Origin: an archaeon
GTDB taxonomy: Archaea > Asgardarchaeota > Thorarchaeia > Thorarchaeales > Thorarchaeaceae
Length of the DNA: 32,000 nt
Assembly: GCA_024275415.1 (NCBI GenBank)
Contig: JAJRZD010000091.1
Span: 1 to 32,000, forward strand
Reading direction: 5' to 3'
Both the position numbers and the translations under genes were made by a program. Positions 1 to 8,282 of the stretch are shown piece by piece. Each line of letters opens with the position of its first letter. Position 1 is the stretch's first letter. The notes below the pieces were generated by a model. The model saw nothing but the letters and a program-made list of their open reading frames with translations, ran no database searches and had not been told where the DNA came from.

Positions 1-288
1 CACTGAACGATACTGTGTGCCAATGTCATTGCCTTGGCGGTTCATTGTTGTTGGATCATGAACCTCGAAGAAAATCTCCAAGATTTCATCATAGGTCATC
101 GTTTCTGGGTCGAAGGTGATCTGACACACCTCTGCGTGTCCAGTCCTTCCGGTGCAGACCTCATCATATGTGGGATTTTCACTATGTCCTCCGGCATATC
201 CCGAAACAACCGATTCTACTCCTTCTATGTCTTGGAAGATTGCTTCTATGCACCAAAAGCAACCTCCACCTAGAGTTGCGACTTCCAT
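1..288 (-). CDS. msrA: Peptide-methionine (S)-S-oxide reductase MsrA, 3' end runs off the window
   Basis: Not in the ORF track. Manual translation from ATG at 288 gives [61 protein letters not shown]...[20 protein letters not shown], with the GCFWC active-site motif. An alternative in-frame ATG lies at 312. Confidence 0.96.
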   Translation of the reverse strand, partial: MEVATLGGGCFWCIEAIFQDIEGVESVVSGYAGGHSENPTYDEVCTGRTGHAEVCQITFDPETMTYDEILEIFFEVHDPTTMNRQGNDIGTQYRSV

Positions 289-361
289 GTTCAGGAATAT
301 GTTTCGTTCCATTTCAATTATTGTCTAGCGGAATTGACCTCGATGGACAGTTCTCACTGGT

Positions 362-988
362 CTACTCTAATAAATCCCTGATTTTCCTCACACCTTCCAT
401 TGCGTCTGCCCCATAGTCATCTGCACCGAACTCCTTTGCCAACTCAAGAGATAATGGAGCTCCTCCTACTATGAGCTTTACATTGTTCCTGATGTTTTCC
501 TTCGTGAGGGATTCATGAACAGTTGCTATCTCATTCATGGTCGTTGTTAGAAGGCTGCTTAGTCCTATGACCTTGGCACCGTGATCCTTTGCTGAACCGA
601 CTATCTTCTCCGCAGGACAATCAACCCCTAGATCAATCACATCGATTCCAGCAGAAACTAGCATGGAATTGAGTATATTCTTGCCTATATCATGGTTATC
701 GCCCTTAACTGTAGCCAGTATCACAGGACCCTTCCTACCGCCCCCAGTGGCAGTCAGATGGGGCTTCAGTATCTCGAAGGCATCTTTCATCGTTTCCCCT
801 GCAAGGACGAGTTCTGTCAAGAAATACTCGCCACTCTCATATCGCTTTCCAATCAGATCCATCCCTCTTGTCAGTGCGTCTAATACGTCCTGAGGATCCA
901 CATGCGATTCTAAGGATGATCGTACTTGACCGACAAGATTATCGCTGTCCAACTCAAGGAGTAACTGTGTGATTCTCTCGAGTGCCAT
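362..988 (-). CDS. Methyltransferase-cognate corrinoid (B12-binding) protein, MtbC/MttC-like
   Basis: N-terminal helical cap (GMDLIGKRYESGEYFLTELV), DxHxxG cobalamin motif (GDNHDIGKN), SxL motif (GLSSLLTTTM) and VGGAP. Confidence 0.93.
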   Translation of the reverse strand: MALERITQLLLELDSDNLVGQVRSSLESHVDPQDVLDALTRGMDLIGKRYESGEYFLTELVLAGETMKDAFEILKPHLTATGGGRKGPVILATVKGDNHDIGKNILNSMLVSAGIDVIDLGVDCPAEKIVGSAKDHGAKVIGLSSLLTTTMNEIATVHESLTKENIRNNVKLIVGGAPLSLELAKEFGADDYGADAMEGVRKIRDLLE

Positions 989-1119
989 CGTAAGTCCTCA
1001 TCTTCCTAATGAAACACCATGACATATTATTCTTCTTTATCACCACATGGCTTTCACTCGGCATTGGAGAGCCATGAGGTCTTTAGGTTCTGCGAGAATG
1101 GTGATGTGAGGACACTTTC

Positions 1120-1407
1120 ATGGCATCCAAATATGAATACGAGCGCCGTCTACAAATCAAGCATTTCTTTGACGACCGAGAAACTGGAGCGAAGAGAAGA
1201 ACCTGGTTGGAGGTTCAGCTGAGCAATCCCAAGAAATCCCCAGAAGGCTGGGTCAATGATGGGAAAATACGGATCACTCTTGGTGAGAACCGCGACATCA
1301 AGGGCTCGTTTCTTCTGAATATCGAAGAGGCATCCCGGCTGATCAAATCCTTGGAGATAGCGATTGAGGATCATGAACGAGAGAAAGCTGGACTTTGGAG
1401 AAACTGA
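1120..1407 (+). CDS. Small hypothetical protein, possible PC4/Whirly-like nucleic-acid-binding fold
   Basis: 95-aa ORF with an RBS-like GTGAGG upstream and a terminator downstream. The pattern is several beta strands followed by a long amphipathic helix. The fold is inferred. Confidence 0.7.
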   Translation: MASKYEYERRLQIKHFFDDRETGAKRRTWLEVQLSNPKKSPEGWVNDGKIRITLGENRDIKGSFLLNIEEASRLIKSLEIAIEDHEREKAGLWRN

Positions 1408-1433
1408 CCTTATCTTCTTTTCTTTCTTATAAT

Positions 1434-1459
1434 GGCACAGCATAATGTGCCTTTTTTTT
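1434..1459 (+). terminator. Hairpin + T8 terminator-like element
   Basis: GGCACA-GCATAA-TGTGCC followed by TTTTTTTT, just after the 1120-1407 gene. Confidence 0.7.
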
Positions 1460-1510
1460 GTCAGTGCTGTCTTGACATTGACGCAAGACAACAACTGGAA
1501 GTGAAATAGT

Positions 1511-2158
1511 CTAGATTTTGGTCTTTGCCTCGTCTATCCATGTTTTCACTTTTTCAAGTGTGAACTCATAACCTGCAGGGACTTCTACATCGCCCTTCTC
1601 GACACTCTTCTGAATCCGTGCTAAAAGGTCTGCTGGATTGAACTCTGCAAGTTTCCTCAACTCCCTTATTCCCGTTGCAAAAACAATCGCTTCGGCATCT
1701 TCTTCAGAAACTGAATCGAGCCATGCGAACTGGCTCATAGCTATCCATCTTTCTGCCTGCCTTGTTGTCACTCCACACACTTCTTTCACCTTGGAGGGAA
1801 GTGCGCCCCTCAAGTCCGATACAGTGCTTATCCCTGCGTCACGTAGCATCTTTCCATAGGATGGACCGATTCCCTCGATTGTTTCTACTGGAAGAGTACT
1901 TAGGGGTGCCTCAGGAACTTCGACTTCTGGTACATATTCTTCCTCATGGGTTTCTGGCGTTTCGTCCAGCAGATCCTCGAGATCGATGAAGTCCTCATAC
2001 ATCAGATAGACAATGATAGGAATAGCCATAGCGATACCAAGCAGTATCAAGGAAATGGTTTGGTCGATTCGCCAAGAGATGAGAGATACGATTCCAACTA
2101 TTGCACCTATAACGATTGCGATTAGGAATTTCCGGTTTGCGGTCATTTCGAAGCTCAT
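1511..2158 (-). CDS. Membrane-anchored DUF4332-like helix-hairpin-helix protein
   Basis: Two N-terminal TM segments, an acidic linker, then an HhH motif (IEGIGPSYGKMLRDAGISTVSDL) and a second degenerate module. Confidence 0.8.
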   Translation of the reverse strand: MSFEMTANRKFLIAIVIGAIVGIVSLISWRIDQTISLILLGIAMAIPIIVYLMYEDFIDLEDLLDETPETHEEEYVPEVEVPEAPLSTLPVETIEGIGPSYGKMLRDAGISTVSDLRGALPSKVKEVCGVTTRQAERWIAMSQFAWLDSVSEEDAEAIVFATGIRELRKLAEFNPADLLARIQKSVEKGDVEVPAGYEFTLEKVKTWIDEAKTKI

Positions 2159-2309
2159 ATTGTACCACCTTTCTCTCAGATGATTATCATCTCTACAGTG
2201 TACCTATTCATTGTTATTACTTGTTTGTTCCAATATGCCTAGACTAGTATTATCACGTCGTACTTCATAATACGCGCCAAATCTCATTGGATATTTGATT
2301 TTCAGATAG

Positions 2310-2675
2310 TCAAAGACTTCCCGGTATTTCATCGTTAGGCATTTGCTGAGGCTCTGATAGAGATGATTCATCGTCCCCTACAAGTGAAATGTTCTTTTTC
2401 TCTGAATCATCTTGGTGAATTCGGATCATCGAGGTCCATCCAATGGGGATGATACTTGAGTGGATGGGACGCCTCGGCCCCACGATAAAGAAGTCTTCGC
2501 CAACATAGATGATCCGTACACCTTGTGTTTCAGCACGCATTTGTTCATTGTCATTGATATTCCCGTATGCATTTGAACAGAGGAATACGTCTACGATTAC
2601 CTCTGAGTCTGCAAGGAATTTCAGCATCTGATGCCAGTCCTTGCCATATTGTAGCACATCAATTGTAGCAGTCAT
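2310..2675 (-). CDS. Hypothetical protein (possible Sm-like/SH3 barrel with acidic tail)
   Basis: ATG at 2675 is preceded by GAGGA; the longer ORF-track start runs through intergenic-looking sequence. The core is beta-rich (VIVDVFL, GVRIIYVGEDFFIV, IIPIGWTSMIRI). Confidence 0.6.
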   Translation of the reverse strand: MTATIDVLQYGKDWHQMLKFLADSEVIVDVFLCSNAYGNINDNEQMRAETQGVRIIYVGEDFFIVGPRRPIHSSIIPIGWTSMIRIHQDDSEKKNISLVGDDESSLSEPQQMPNDEIPGSL

Positions 2676-2870
2676 CGATGCTTCCTCGGCGCCAATTGGT
2701 TTCCATTGATGATTTAGAAGTGAACTAATAAAAACCAAATAAACTAGGATATCCCTGCCCACGTCGCGCTCACACGGCAGGACTTGCCTATTTGGTGCAT
2801 TGGACAAAGACTTATTGAACGATTCCTGCATTGCATACTGACCGAAGGTTCGGTCATCGAGTGGGATCTA

Positions 2871-3125
2871 ATGCCAAAACCAGTTGCTGACAACGACGAG
2901 AATATGGCTATCTGCCGTCAATTCTGTGGCCCGTGTCCATCTTTCAAGCCAAACGAGCTTAACAAAGTCCCGCCACATGCACTATTTTGCGCACGTGGCC
3001 CGTCCACTAAGCCCGCTGAGGAAATCACCGATAAGGGGTGTAGTTGCTTTAGCTGCCCTGTATATCGAGATCATGAGCTTCAAGGTGGTTGGTTCTGTAT
3101 TCATGGGATTGAAGGTAGAAAGTAG
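2871..3125 (+). CDS. DUF2769-like Cys-rich small protein
   Basis: MPKPVADNDENMAICRQFCGPCPSF...LFCARG...GCSCFSCPVYRDHELQGGWFCIHG matches the Cys pattern of archaeal DUF2769. Confidence 0.8.
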   Translation: MPKPVADNDENMAICRQFCGPCPSFKPNELNKVPPHALFCARGPSTKPAEEITDKGCSCFSCPVYRDHELQGGWFCIHGIEGRK

Positions 3126-3206
3126 TGCAACAACGATGAAGTGCCACATCAGTGGATTGGACAATACATCCGTCTGTGTAGCACTCTTCCCTTTCTTTTT
3201 TGCAGA

Positions 3207-3371
3207 CTATCTATAGAACAAGACCATCAATAAGAGAAGGAGTGGCCCAATCACCCAAAGAAGGAACAATAGCAGATTCCCTGTCATAGTCCCTTGATAC
3301 TTGCAGAACGGACACAGGTACTCAGGCTGACCTTGCTGTATCGACACGACAATCGGTTCCTCGTCTCTCAT
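3207..3371 (-). CDS. 54-aa small protein with a CPFC motif and a C-terminal TM helix
   Basis: Below the ORF-track cut-off. Translation: MRDEEPIVVSIQQGQPEYLCPFCKYQGTMTGNLLLFLLWVIGPLLLLLMVLFYR*. AGGTGA RBS just upstream, and it fills an otherwise empty gap. Confidence 0.6.
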   Translation of the reverse strand: MRDEEPIVVSIQQGQPEYLCPFCKYQGTMTGNLLLFLLWVIGPLLLLLMVLFYR

Positions 3372-3447
3372 ATTCACCTATCCTTCCTCTCCATCGAACG
3401 ATATTATCTTTCGGATATGTCCGTGTCGATGGACTGGTGGACTAATT

Positions 3448-3780
3448 TCATCTTTTTTCGTGCATTTGGTGACGTACCCAATCAAGAGGAGCTCGAAGCA
3501 GTAGCCGTGGTCCTGAAAAGCGCATCACCCTTTTGATGTGGTCACGCATCTCTGGACGATAGCAATGCTTCGCACATTTCCTGCAAGTAGGTTTTTTTTC
3601 CCCATATTCGCAGTGATCAAGCCTATGATGCGAATATCTGAGCAAGTCTGCACAGCTCAGGCATAAGGTGCCCGGTTCTGATTTGTGTTTTTTTTCACAA
3701 TAGAGCTGAATCATGTTGTGGATGACTTTCTTCTCTTTCGCGATCACTGGTCCGTCCTTGGGCTCGAGATTTTCGCTCAT
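3448..3780 (-). CDS. YgbA-like (nitrous oxide-stimulated promoter family) Cys/His-rich protein
   Basis: EKKVIHNMIQLYCEKKH...LCLSCADLLRYSHHRLDHCEYGEKKPTCRKCAKHCYRPEMRDHIKRVMRFSGPRLL. ATG at 3780. Confidence 0.9.
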   Translation of the reverse strand: MSENLEPKDGPVIAKEKKVIHNMIQLYCEKKHKSEPGTLCLSCADLLRYSHHRLDHCEYGEKKPTCRKCAKHCYRPEMRDHIKRVMRFSGPRLLLRAPLDWVRHQMHEKR

Positions 3781-4003
3781 CAGTACCAAGGATAAGAGTG
3801 AATTCACAACGATATTAACCCGTGTCTGCTGGCAAAAAGTAAGTTTCACAGCAAGCCGGTGGGAGCCAGCAGAGAGTCATTAGGTGTGGTACATTGGTAG
3901 GTGCGTACCATGACAATCCCCGCAAGCGGGCCCACCAAGACATACCAGTATGGTGTATTTGCTAAATGTTTTCTTCCCGAAATCCCTTATCCGTCCATTC
4001 ATA

Positions 4004-5239
4004 TTATCTTACTACGGCCAATGGCTGGTTGAGCAGATAGTCACTATCAGCTCTCCACTCATCATCTACGAAGTTCTCATGATAGAAGAAATATGTTCTT
4101 GATGCATCGAGTTGGAGTTGGAACACGCTGATTTCTTGGGCATGATTCCAGATTAACTCTGAAAGATCTGGGGCAACTGACGGTGGGGTTGTGCTATAAA
4201 TCAGAAATGTTCTTGTATCAGAAAAGACAGCGGTTTCGAATGGTAGCATTCCAGATTGAATGAAATGATGCAATGTGGTCGGCGTTAGTCCAGATTTCTT
4301 TTTGAACACACCATAAATCAGCTGAGGGTATGTGAGGTCGAATACCTGTCTATCGTAGTATAGGCGGTTTCTAGTGACGATATGTTCTCTGAGTCGTGAA
4401 ACTCTCCGCGACAATGTAGTGGCGTCCTTCTTGAAGTCTTCCGGCAACCGTGGGTTCTTGGCATACATCTCGCTTATCTTTGTCAGAACAGGTTTTGAGT
4501 TGATTGTAAGTTCCCTTAGGAGTTGCATGTCCAATTTATCGAACTGATATCTTTTCTTCGGCTGGATTTCGTGGATTTCGAAGTCGCCACTCGTGTCTAC
4601 AGACATTGTCCAGCTATCCTCAAGGTCGCTGGATTCCCTGACCGTTTTCAATTCTTCCCGTGGTCCCACTTGCCAGAGGTCTCTTTTCAGATCCCATCGT
4701 GTGAAGTTGGCATTACAGAGCGAAAAGTGGCGTTCATCAATAACGATGCTGTCGGTGCAAAGTCCCTGCATCTCAATTTCATCATAGAGCTTTCTCATGG
4801 GTGCACTTGCTTCCGGGGGGAGGTCGAACTGGATGTAGAGTGACGCTGATTGCCCATAGGCAGGAACTCGATAATGGGTATAGGGGTGTCTATCACATAT
4901 CGACCGGATCGTATCCAATGCATTCCTATCTGGAATCCCCTTCAAGACGACGTGTTGCCTAACAAGTCCGAGTGAGGTCTGTTGATATACGCCGTTTGCT
5001 TCTGTCTGCAGACGGGCTCCAAGGATCGGATCTTCAATGGTTCGATTGGCCCTGAGAAACCCTTTCTCTTTCATTGCCATTATCCTTGAACGAACTGCCT
5101 CTGATGATAGATTGACCTTGCGACCGATGGACGCATTGCTTTGGAGGGGGTTTTCTTTCAGATTCAAGAATATCTCATAGTCTTTCAGGTCTAGCCCATA
5201 TGCCCTCCAATTTACCATTCTTTTCACTATTCCTCGCAT
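4004..5239 (-). CDS. Large Lrp/AsnC-like transcriptional regulator with two HTH + effector-like modules
   Basis: N-terminal HTH (LKENPLQSNASIGRKVNLSSEAVRSRIMAMKEKG) and a second HTH-like unit (FDKLDMQLLRELTINSK...TLSRRVSRLRE), each followed by an alpha/beta segment. Confidence 0.7.
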   Translation of the reverse strand: MRGIVKRMVNWRAYGLDLKDYEIFLNLKENPLQSNASIGRKVNLSSEAVRSRIMAMKEKGFLRANRTIEDPILGARLQTEANGVYQQTSLGLVRQHVVLKGIPDRNALDTIRSICDRHPYTHYRVPAYGQSASLYIQFDLPPEASAPMRKLYDEIEMQGLCTDSIVIDERHFSLCNANFTRWDLKRDLWQVGPREELKTVRESSDLEDSWTMSVDTSGDFEIHEIQPKKRYQFDKLDMQLLRELTINSKPVLTKISEMYAKNPRLPEDFKKDATTLSRRVSRLREHIVTRNRLYYDRQVFDLTYPQLIYGVFKKKSGLTPTTLHHFIQSGMLPFETAVFSDTRTFLIYSTTPPSVAPDLSELIWNHAQEISVFQLQLDASRTYFFYHENFVDDEWRADSDYLLNQPLAVVR

Positions 5240-5275
5240 TTATTCCCTGATGCTTTCCCAGAATAGGGTGTTGTT

Positions 5276-5776
5276 TTATGCTACTCTAAAGACTGGATCG
5301 CCTCCACCATCTCCTCCGGGTGGATCGAATACAAGGCTTGCACTGTCCAGAATGACGCTTGGAAATACCATCAATGCCACAACTTCAACTTTGTAGTCAC
5401 CAGCTTCTGTAGCATGATTGAGGAATTCATTATCAATCCGGATATGCTCATACCACGCCAAAACATGGACTCTATAGGTATAAGTCAGTCCCGAAGGTAA
5501 GGTCAGTGAAATGTCATAATAGATTTCGTAATATGCGTAGTAACCCAAATCAAATAACAGAGTCACATGGATGTCATTATCCACGCCTCCTTGATCAAGG
5601 TCACCGTAGTACGCATCATAGATTATGACATTTATATAATCTGAATTCTGAGTGTAGGCACTGGCTGTTGGCACATTTGAAAATGCAACCAATACAAGCG
5701 CAGTGATGCAAATGAGAAGAACTCGCATATACACTTTCTTACTCGAGTTCTCCGGCCTCCTTTTGACAGCGAGCAT
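5276..5776 (-). CDS. Secreted hypothetical beta-rich protein
   Basis: Signal-peptide-like segment (MRVLLICITALVLVAFSNVPTASA), a Tyr-rich beta domain and a C-terminal DPPGGDGGGDP. The start is ATG 5776 or 5728. Confidence 0.75.
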   Translation of the reverse strand: MLAVKRRPENSSKKVYMRVLLICITALVLVAFSNVPTASAYTQNSDYINVIIYDAYYGDLDQGGVDNDIHVTLLFDLGYYAYYEIYYDISLTLPSGLTYTYRVHVLAWYEHIRIDNEFLNHATEAGDYKVEVVALMVFPSVILDSASLVFDPPGGDGGGDPVFRVA

Positions 5777-5957
5777 TACAACCAACTCTATGCCAATATT
5801 CCAAGAAGCTATATATATTCCTTGTGGGAAGTCATGCATGCAAGAATGACTGGAAGGACTTATATACCATATTGTAATAAATGCAACCTCGATTCCTAGG
5901 CATTTTCTAGGAATCTAGCCCGGTATTCGCGTGGACCGGGTACGTGGTGAATCGAAA

Positions 5958-7799
5958 ATGAAAAGACGAGAGAGATTGATGCTCGTTAGTGCAATGATAT
6001 TGCCCTTGTTATGTCTTGGAGCCTTCACAGCTCCCGCAAGTGCAGTACCATTGAGCGGGCAAAATTACTTAGATGTAATCATCTTCTTCAATCCTGGCAT
6101 CACTGTCAATTTACAGGATGTTACAGTAACTCACGAATACACGGCATTGAATGGTATAGCAGCCAGAATCCCTGAATCCATGTACAGCGTTCTTGAAAAC
6201 TCGTGGTTTGTAGATTCAATATCACTTGACTCTGTACATACCATGTCACAGGACACACTTGATTGGGGTGTCGATGATGTGAACGCAGAACGTGTCTGGG
6301 GCGGTGCTGAGGATGCCGTAGATGTTGTGGCAGGCAATGTTGCAGGCAATGGTGTCAAAGTGGCTATTATTGACACTGGTATTGACTATACGCACCCAGA
6401 GTTGGATGGGGTATATGCGGGTGGTTATGACTTTGTAAACGGTGACAATGATCCAAAGGATGACAATGGACATGGAACCCATGTTGCTGGAATCGTTGCC
6501 GCTGAGGACAATGGTGTAGGTGTGATTGGTGTCGCACCACAGGCATCGATATATGCCCTCAAAGTTCTCAACGCACAGGGTTCTGGTTACACTAGTGACA
6601 TTATTGCAGCTGTTGATTGGTCTGTTAACAATAACATGGATGTCATATCCATGAGCCTTGGTGGTGGAGGTTATGACTCTGCCTTCGACGCAGCTATTGA
6701 TCGTGCTTACAATGCTGGTATCGTTGTCGTTGCCGCATCTGGAAACGATGGCACTGGAACAATATCCTACCCAGCAGCATATACCAATGCAATTGCTGTA
6801 GGTGCGATTGATGCCAATCACAACCTTGCAAGTTTCAGCAATTGGGGTCCTGAACAAGAGGTCGTGGCTCCAGGCGTGAACATTTACAGCACGATGCCCA
6901 CCTATACTGTGACACTCAACACACTGTATGGATACAGCCAAAACTACGATCAGATGAGTGGCACATCAATGGCAACTCCGATTGTCAGTGGAACCGTTGC
7001 ATTGATTCTGTCAGCCAATCCTTCGCTAACCCCTGCAGAAGTCCGTGACATTCTACACACAACCTCACGAGACCTTGGCGCAGCTGGTTGGGATCAGTCA
7101 TATGGCTGGGGTGCTGTTGAAGCTGAAGCTGCTGTAGCAGCAGCTGGTGGAACTCCTGGTGATAATCCTCCATCATGCACCATCGCAGATCCAGCGGCAG
7201 GTGCTACTGTTTCAGGCACCTATCGAGTGCTTGTTTCAGCAAGTGATGACAACTCAGTTTCCAAGGTAGAGGTCAACATTGATGGAGCTGCATGGATTGA
7301 CATCACAGCTAATTTCGATGGTACATACTACTTCTACGACTGGGACACAACAGCCTACACTGATGGCTCCCACACAGTGAATGCCCGAGCTACTGATTCG
7401 GCCGGTCAGACTGCCACTGACAGCAATGGAGTCACTGTTAACAATGGTGGTGGCGCAGCAGATACCATGCATGTCGCCTCGATTGATATGTGGTATGAAA
7501 CTGTTCGATGGTGGTTCTGGGTCATTGGCTATGATGTCTACATCAAGGTCACTGTACATGATGGACTTAGTACCGCTCTAGCTGGCGTCACTGTCAGCAT
7601 AGATCTGGCATTACCAAGTGGTGGCATTGCGAGTGGCACAGCAGATACTGGAGCTGATGGTACAGTCACATTTGTCTATGAGGCAGCCTCGTACGAAACA
7701 GGTACATATGTTGCCACAGTCACGAATTTGGCGAAAACAGGTTATACCTACGTACCATCTGACAACATAGAAACCTCTGAATCACTTGTAGTTCCTTAG
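5958..7799 (+). CDS. Secreted S8 subtilisin-family serine protease with propeptide and two C-terminal Ig-like domains
   Basis: Catalytic triad motifs IIDTGID, HGTHVAG and GTSMATP, with a signal peptide. GGTGA RBS lies before ATG 5958. Confidence 0.97.
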   Translation: MKRRERLMLVSAMILPLLCLGAFTAPASAVPLSGQNYLDVIIFFNPGITVNLQDVTVTHEYTALNGIAARIPESMYSVLENSWFVDSISLDSVHTMSQDTLDWGVDDVNAERVWGGAEDAVDVVAGNVAGNGVKVAIIDTGIDYTHPELDGVYAGGYDFVNGDNDPKDDNGHGTHVAGIVAAEDNGVGVIGVAPQASIYALKVLNAQGSGYTSDIIAAVDWSVNNNMDVISMSLGGGGYDSAFDAAIDRAYNAGIVVVAASGNDGTGTISYPAAYTNAIAVGAIDANHNLASFSNWGPEQEVVAPGVNIYSTMPTYTVTLNTLYGYSQNYDQMSGTSMATPIVSGTVALILSANPSLTPAEVRDILHTTSRDLGAAGWDQSYGWGAVEAEAAVAAAGGTPGDNPPSCTIADPAAGATVSGTYRVLVSASDDNSVSKVEVNIDGAAWIDITANFDGTYYFYDWDTTAYTDGSHTVNARATDSAGQTATDSNGVTVNNGGGAADTMHVASIDMWYETVRWWFWVIGYDVYIKVTVHDGLSTALAGVTVSIDLALPSGGIASGTADTGADGTVTFVYEAASYETGTYVATVTNLAKTGYTYVPSDNIETSESLVVP

Positions 7800-7815
7800 T
7801 TCAATCAACCCAATA

Positions 7816-7870
7816 AAGGGAGTGCGGGAATCTTCCTTTGCTCCCTTCCTCCTTCTTTTTTTCCTCTTTT
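7816..7870 (+). terminator. Hairpin plus pyrimidine/T tract after the protease gene
   Basis: AAGGGAG(7816-7822) pairs with CTCCCTT(7841-7847), the inner stem continues with G-U pairs, and T-rich runs follow. Confidence 0.6.
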
Positions 7871-7915
7871 GTTCCTACAACAATCATTATAGAGCGTAAG
7901 AAGTGTGCTCGTATC

Positions 7916-8218
7916 ATGCATCACGAATCAAGAGCAAAAGGCTACTACTGCACTATGGTACGAGGTCCATGCAGAGGTGCATTGTGCGACTTTTGGGCGA
8001 GAGCAAAGATTAGGAACGCCACAGTCAATGAATTGGTTGCAAAGGCAGAAGAGAGCATAACCGAATGCATGGCATCCGATGGAGGGATTGCCCTTAAAGA
8101 GGCATTAAGGATGTTCTGGAAAGATTTCGGGCTGAAGAACCCCGAACTGCTCAGCAACGAAGAGCCTGCCCTCTACAGGAAGATAGAGTTAGTCGAACAA
8201 GCAATTCTCTCACAATGA
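7916..8218 (+). CDS. Hypothetical protein with an N-terminal Cys cluster
   Basis: MHHESRAKGYYCTMVRGPCRGALCDFW... (C-x6-C-x4-C) followed by a helical domain. ATG at 7916. Confidence 0.65.
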   Translation: MHHESRAKGYYCTMVRGPCRGALCDFWARAKIRNATVNELVAKAEESITECMASDGGIALKEALRMFWKDFGLKNPELLSNEEPALYRKIELVEQAILSQ

Positions 8219-8282
8219 ATCTTGTAAAAAAGATGATTTGGAAGTGACAGGAGTTCCTGTCGCCTTCCATCTATCAATGTTC

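Noticed and set aside
34-416. ORF-track plus-strand ORFs 34-273 and 168-416
   Set aside because: They are antisense shadows of msrA, which is clearly encoded on the minus strand.
3391-3432. Inverted repeat CCATCGA/TCGATGG enclosing CGGA-TATG-TCCG between ygbA and the CxxC-TM ORF
   Set aside because: The stems are short and there is no second supporting feature. It may be an ordinary mRNA-stabilising structure or chance.
3798-3807. Perfect palindrome GTGAATTCAC upstream of ygbA
   Set aside because: 10-bp palindromes are expected many times in 32 kb by chance (about 1 per 1000 positions), and no second copy was noticed to support an operator.
3880-4002. 40-aa minus-strand ORF containing CGDCH (a heme-c-like CxxCH), starting 1 nt after the Lrp-like stop
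   Set aside because: No signal peptide or RBS, very short, and it overlaps a GC-rich hairpin region that can generate Cys/Gly codons by chance. It could be revisited with tblastn.
6131-7581. Long antisense or alternate-frame ORFs inside the subtilisin gene (e.g. 6246-6941), and similar ones within other genes
   Set aside because: They lack motifs and are explained by the codon bias of the sense gene. They were treated as non-coding throughout the window.
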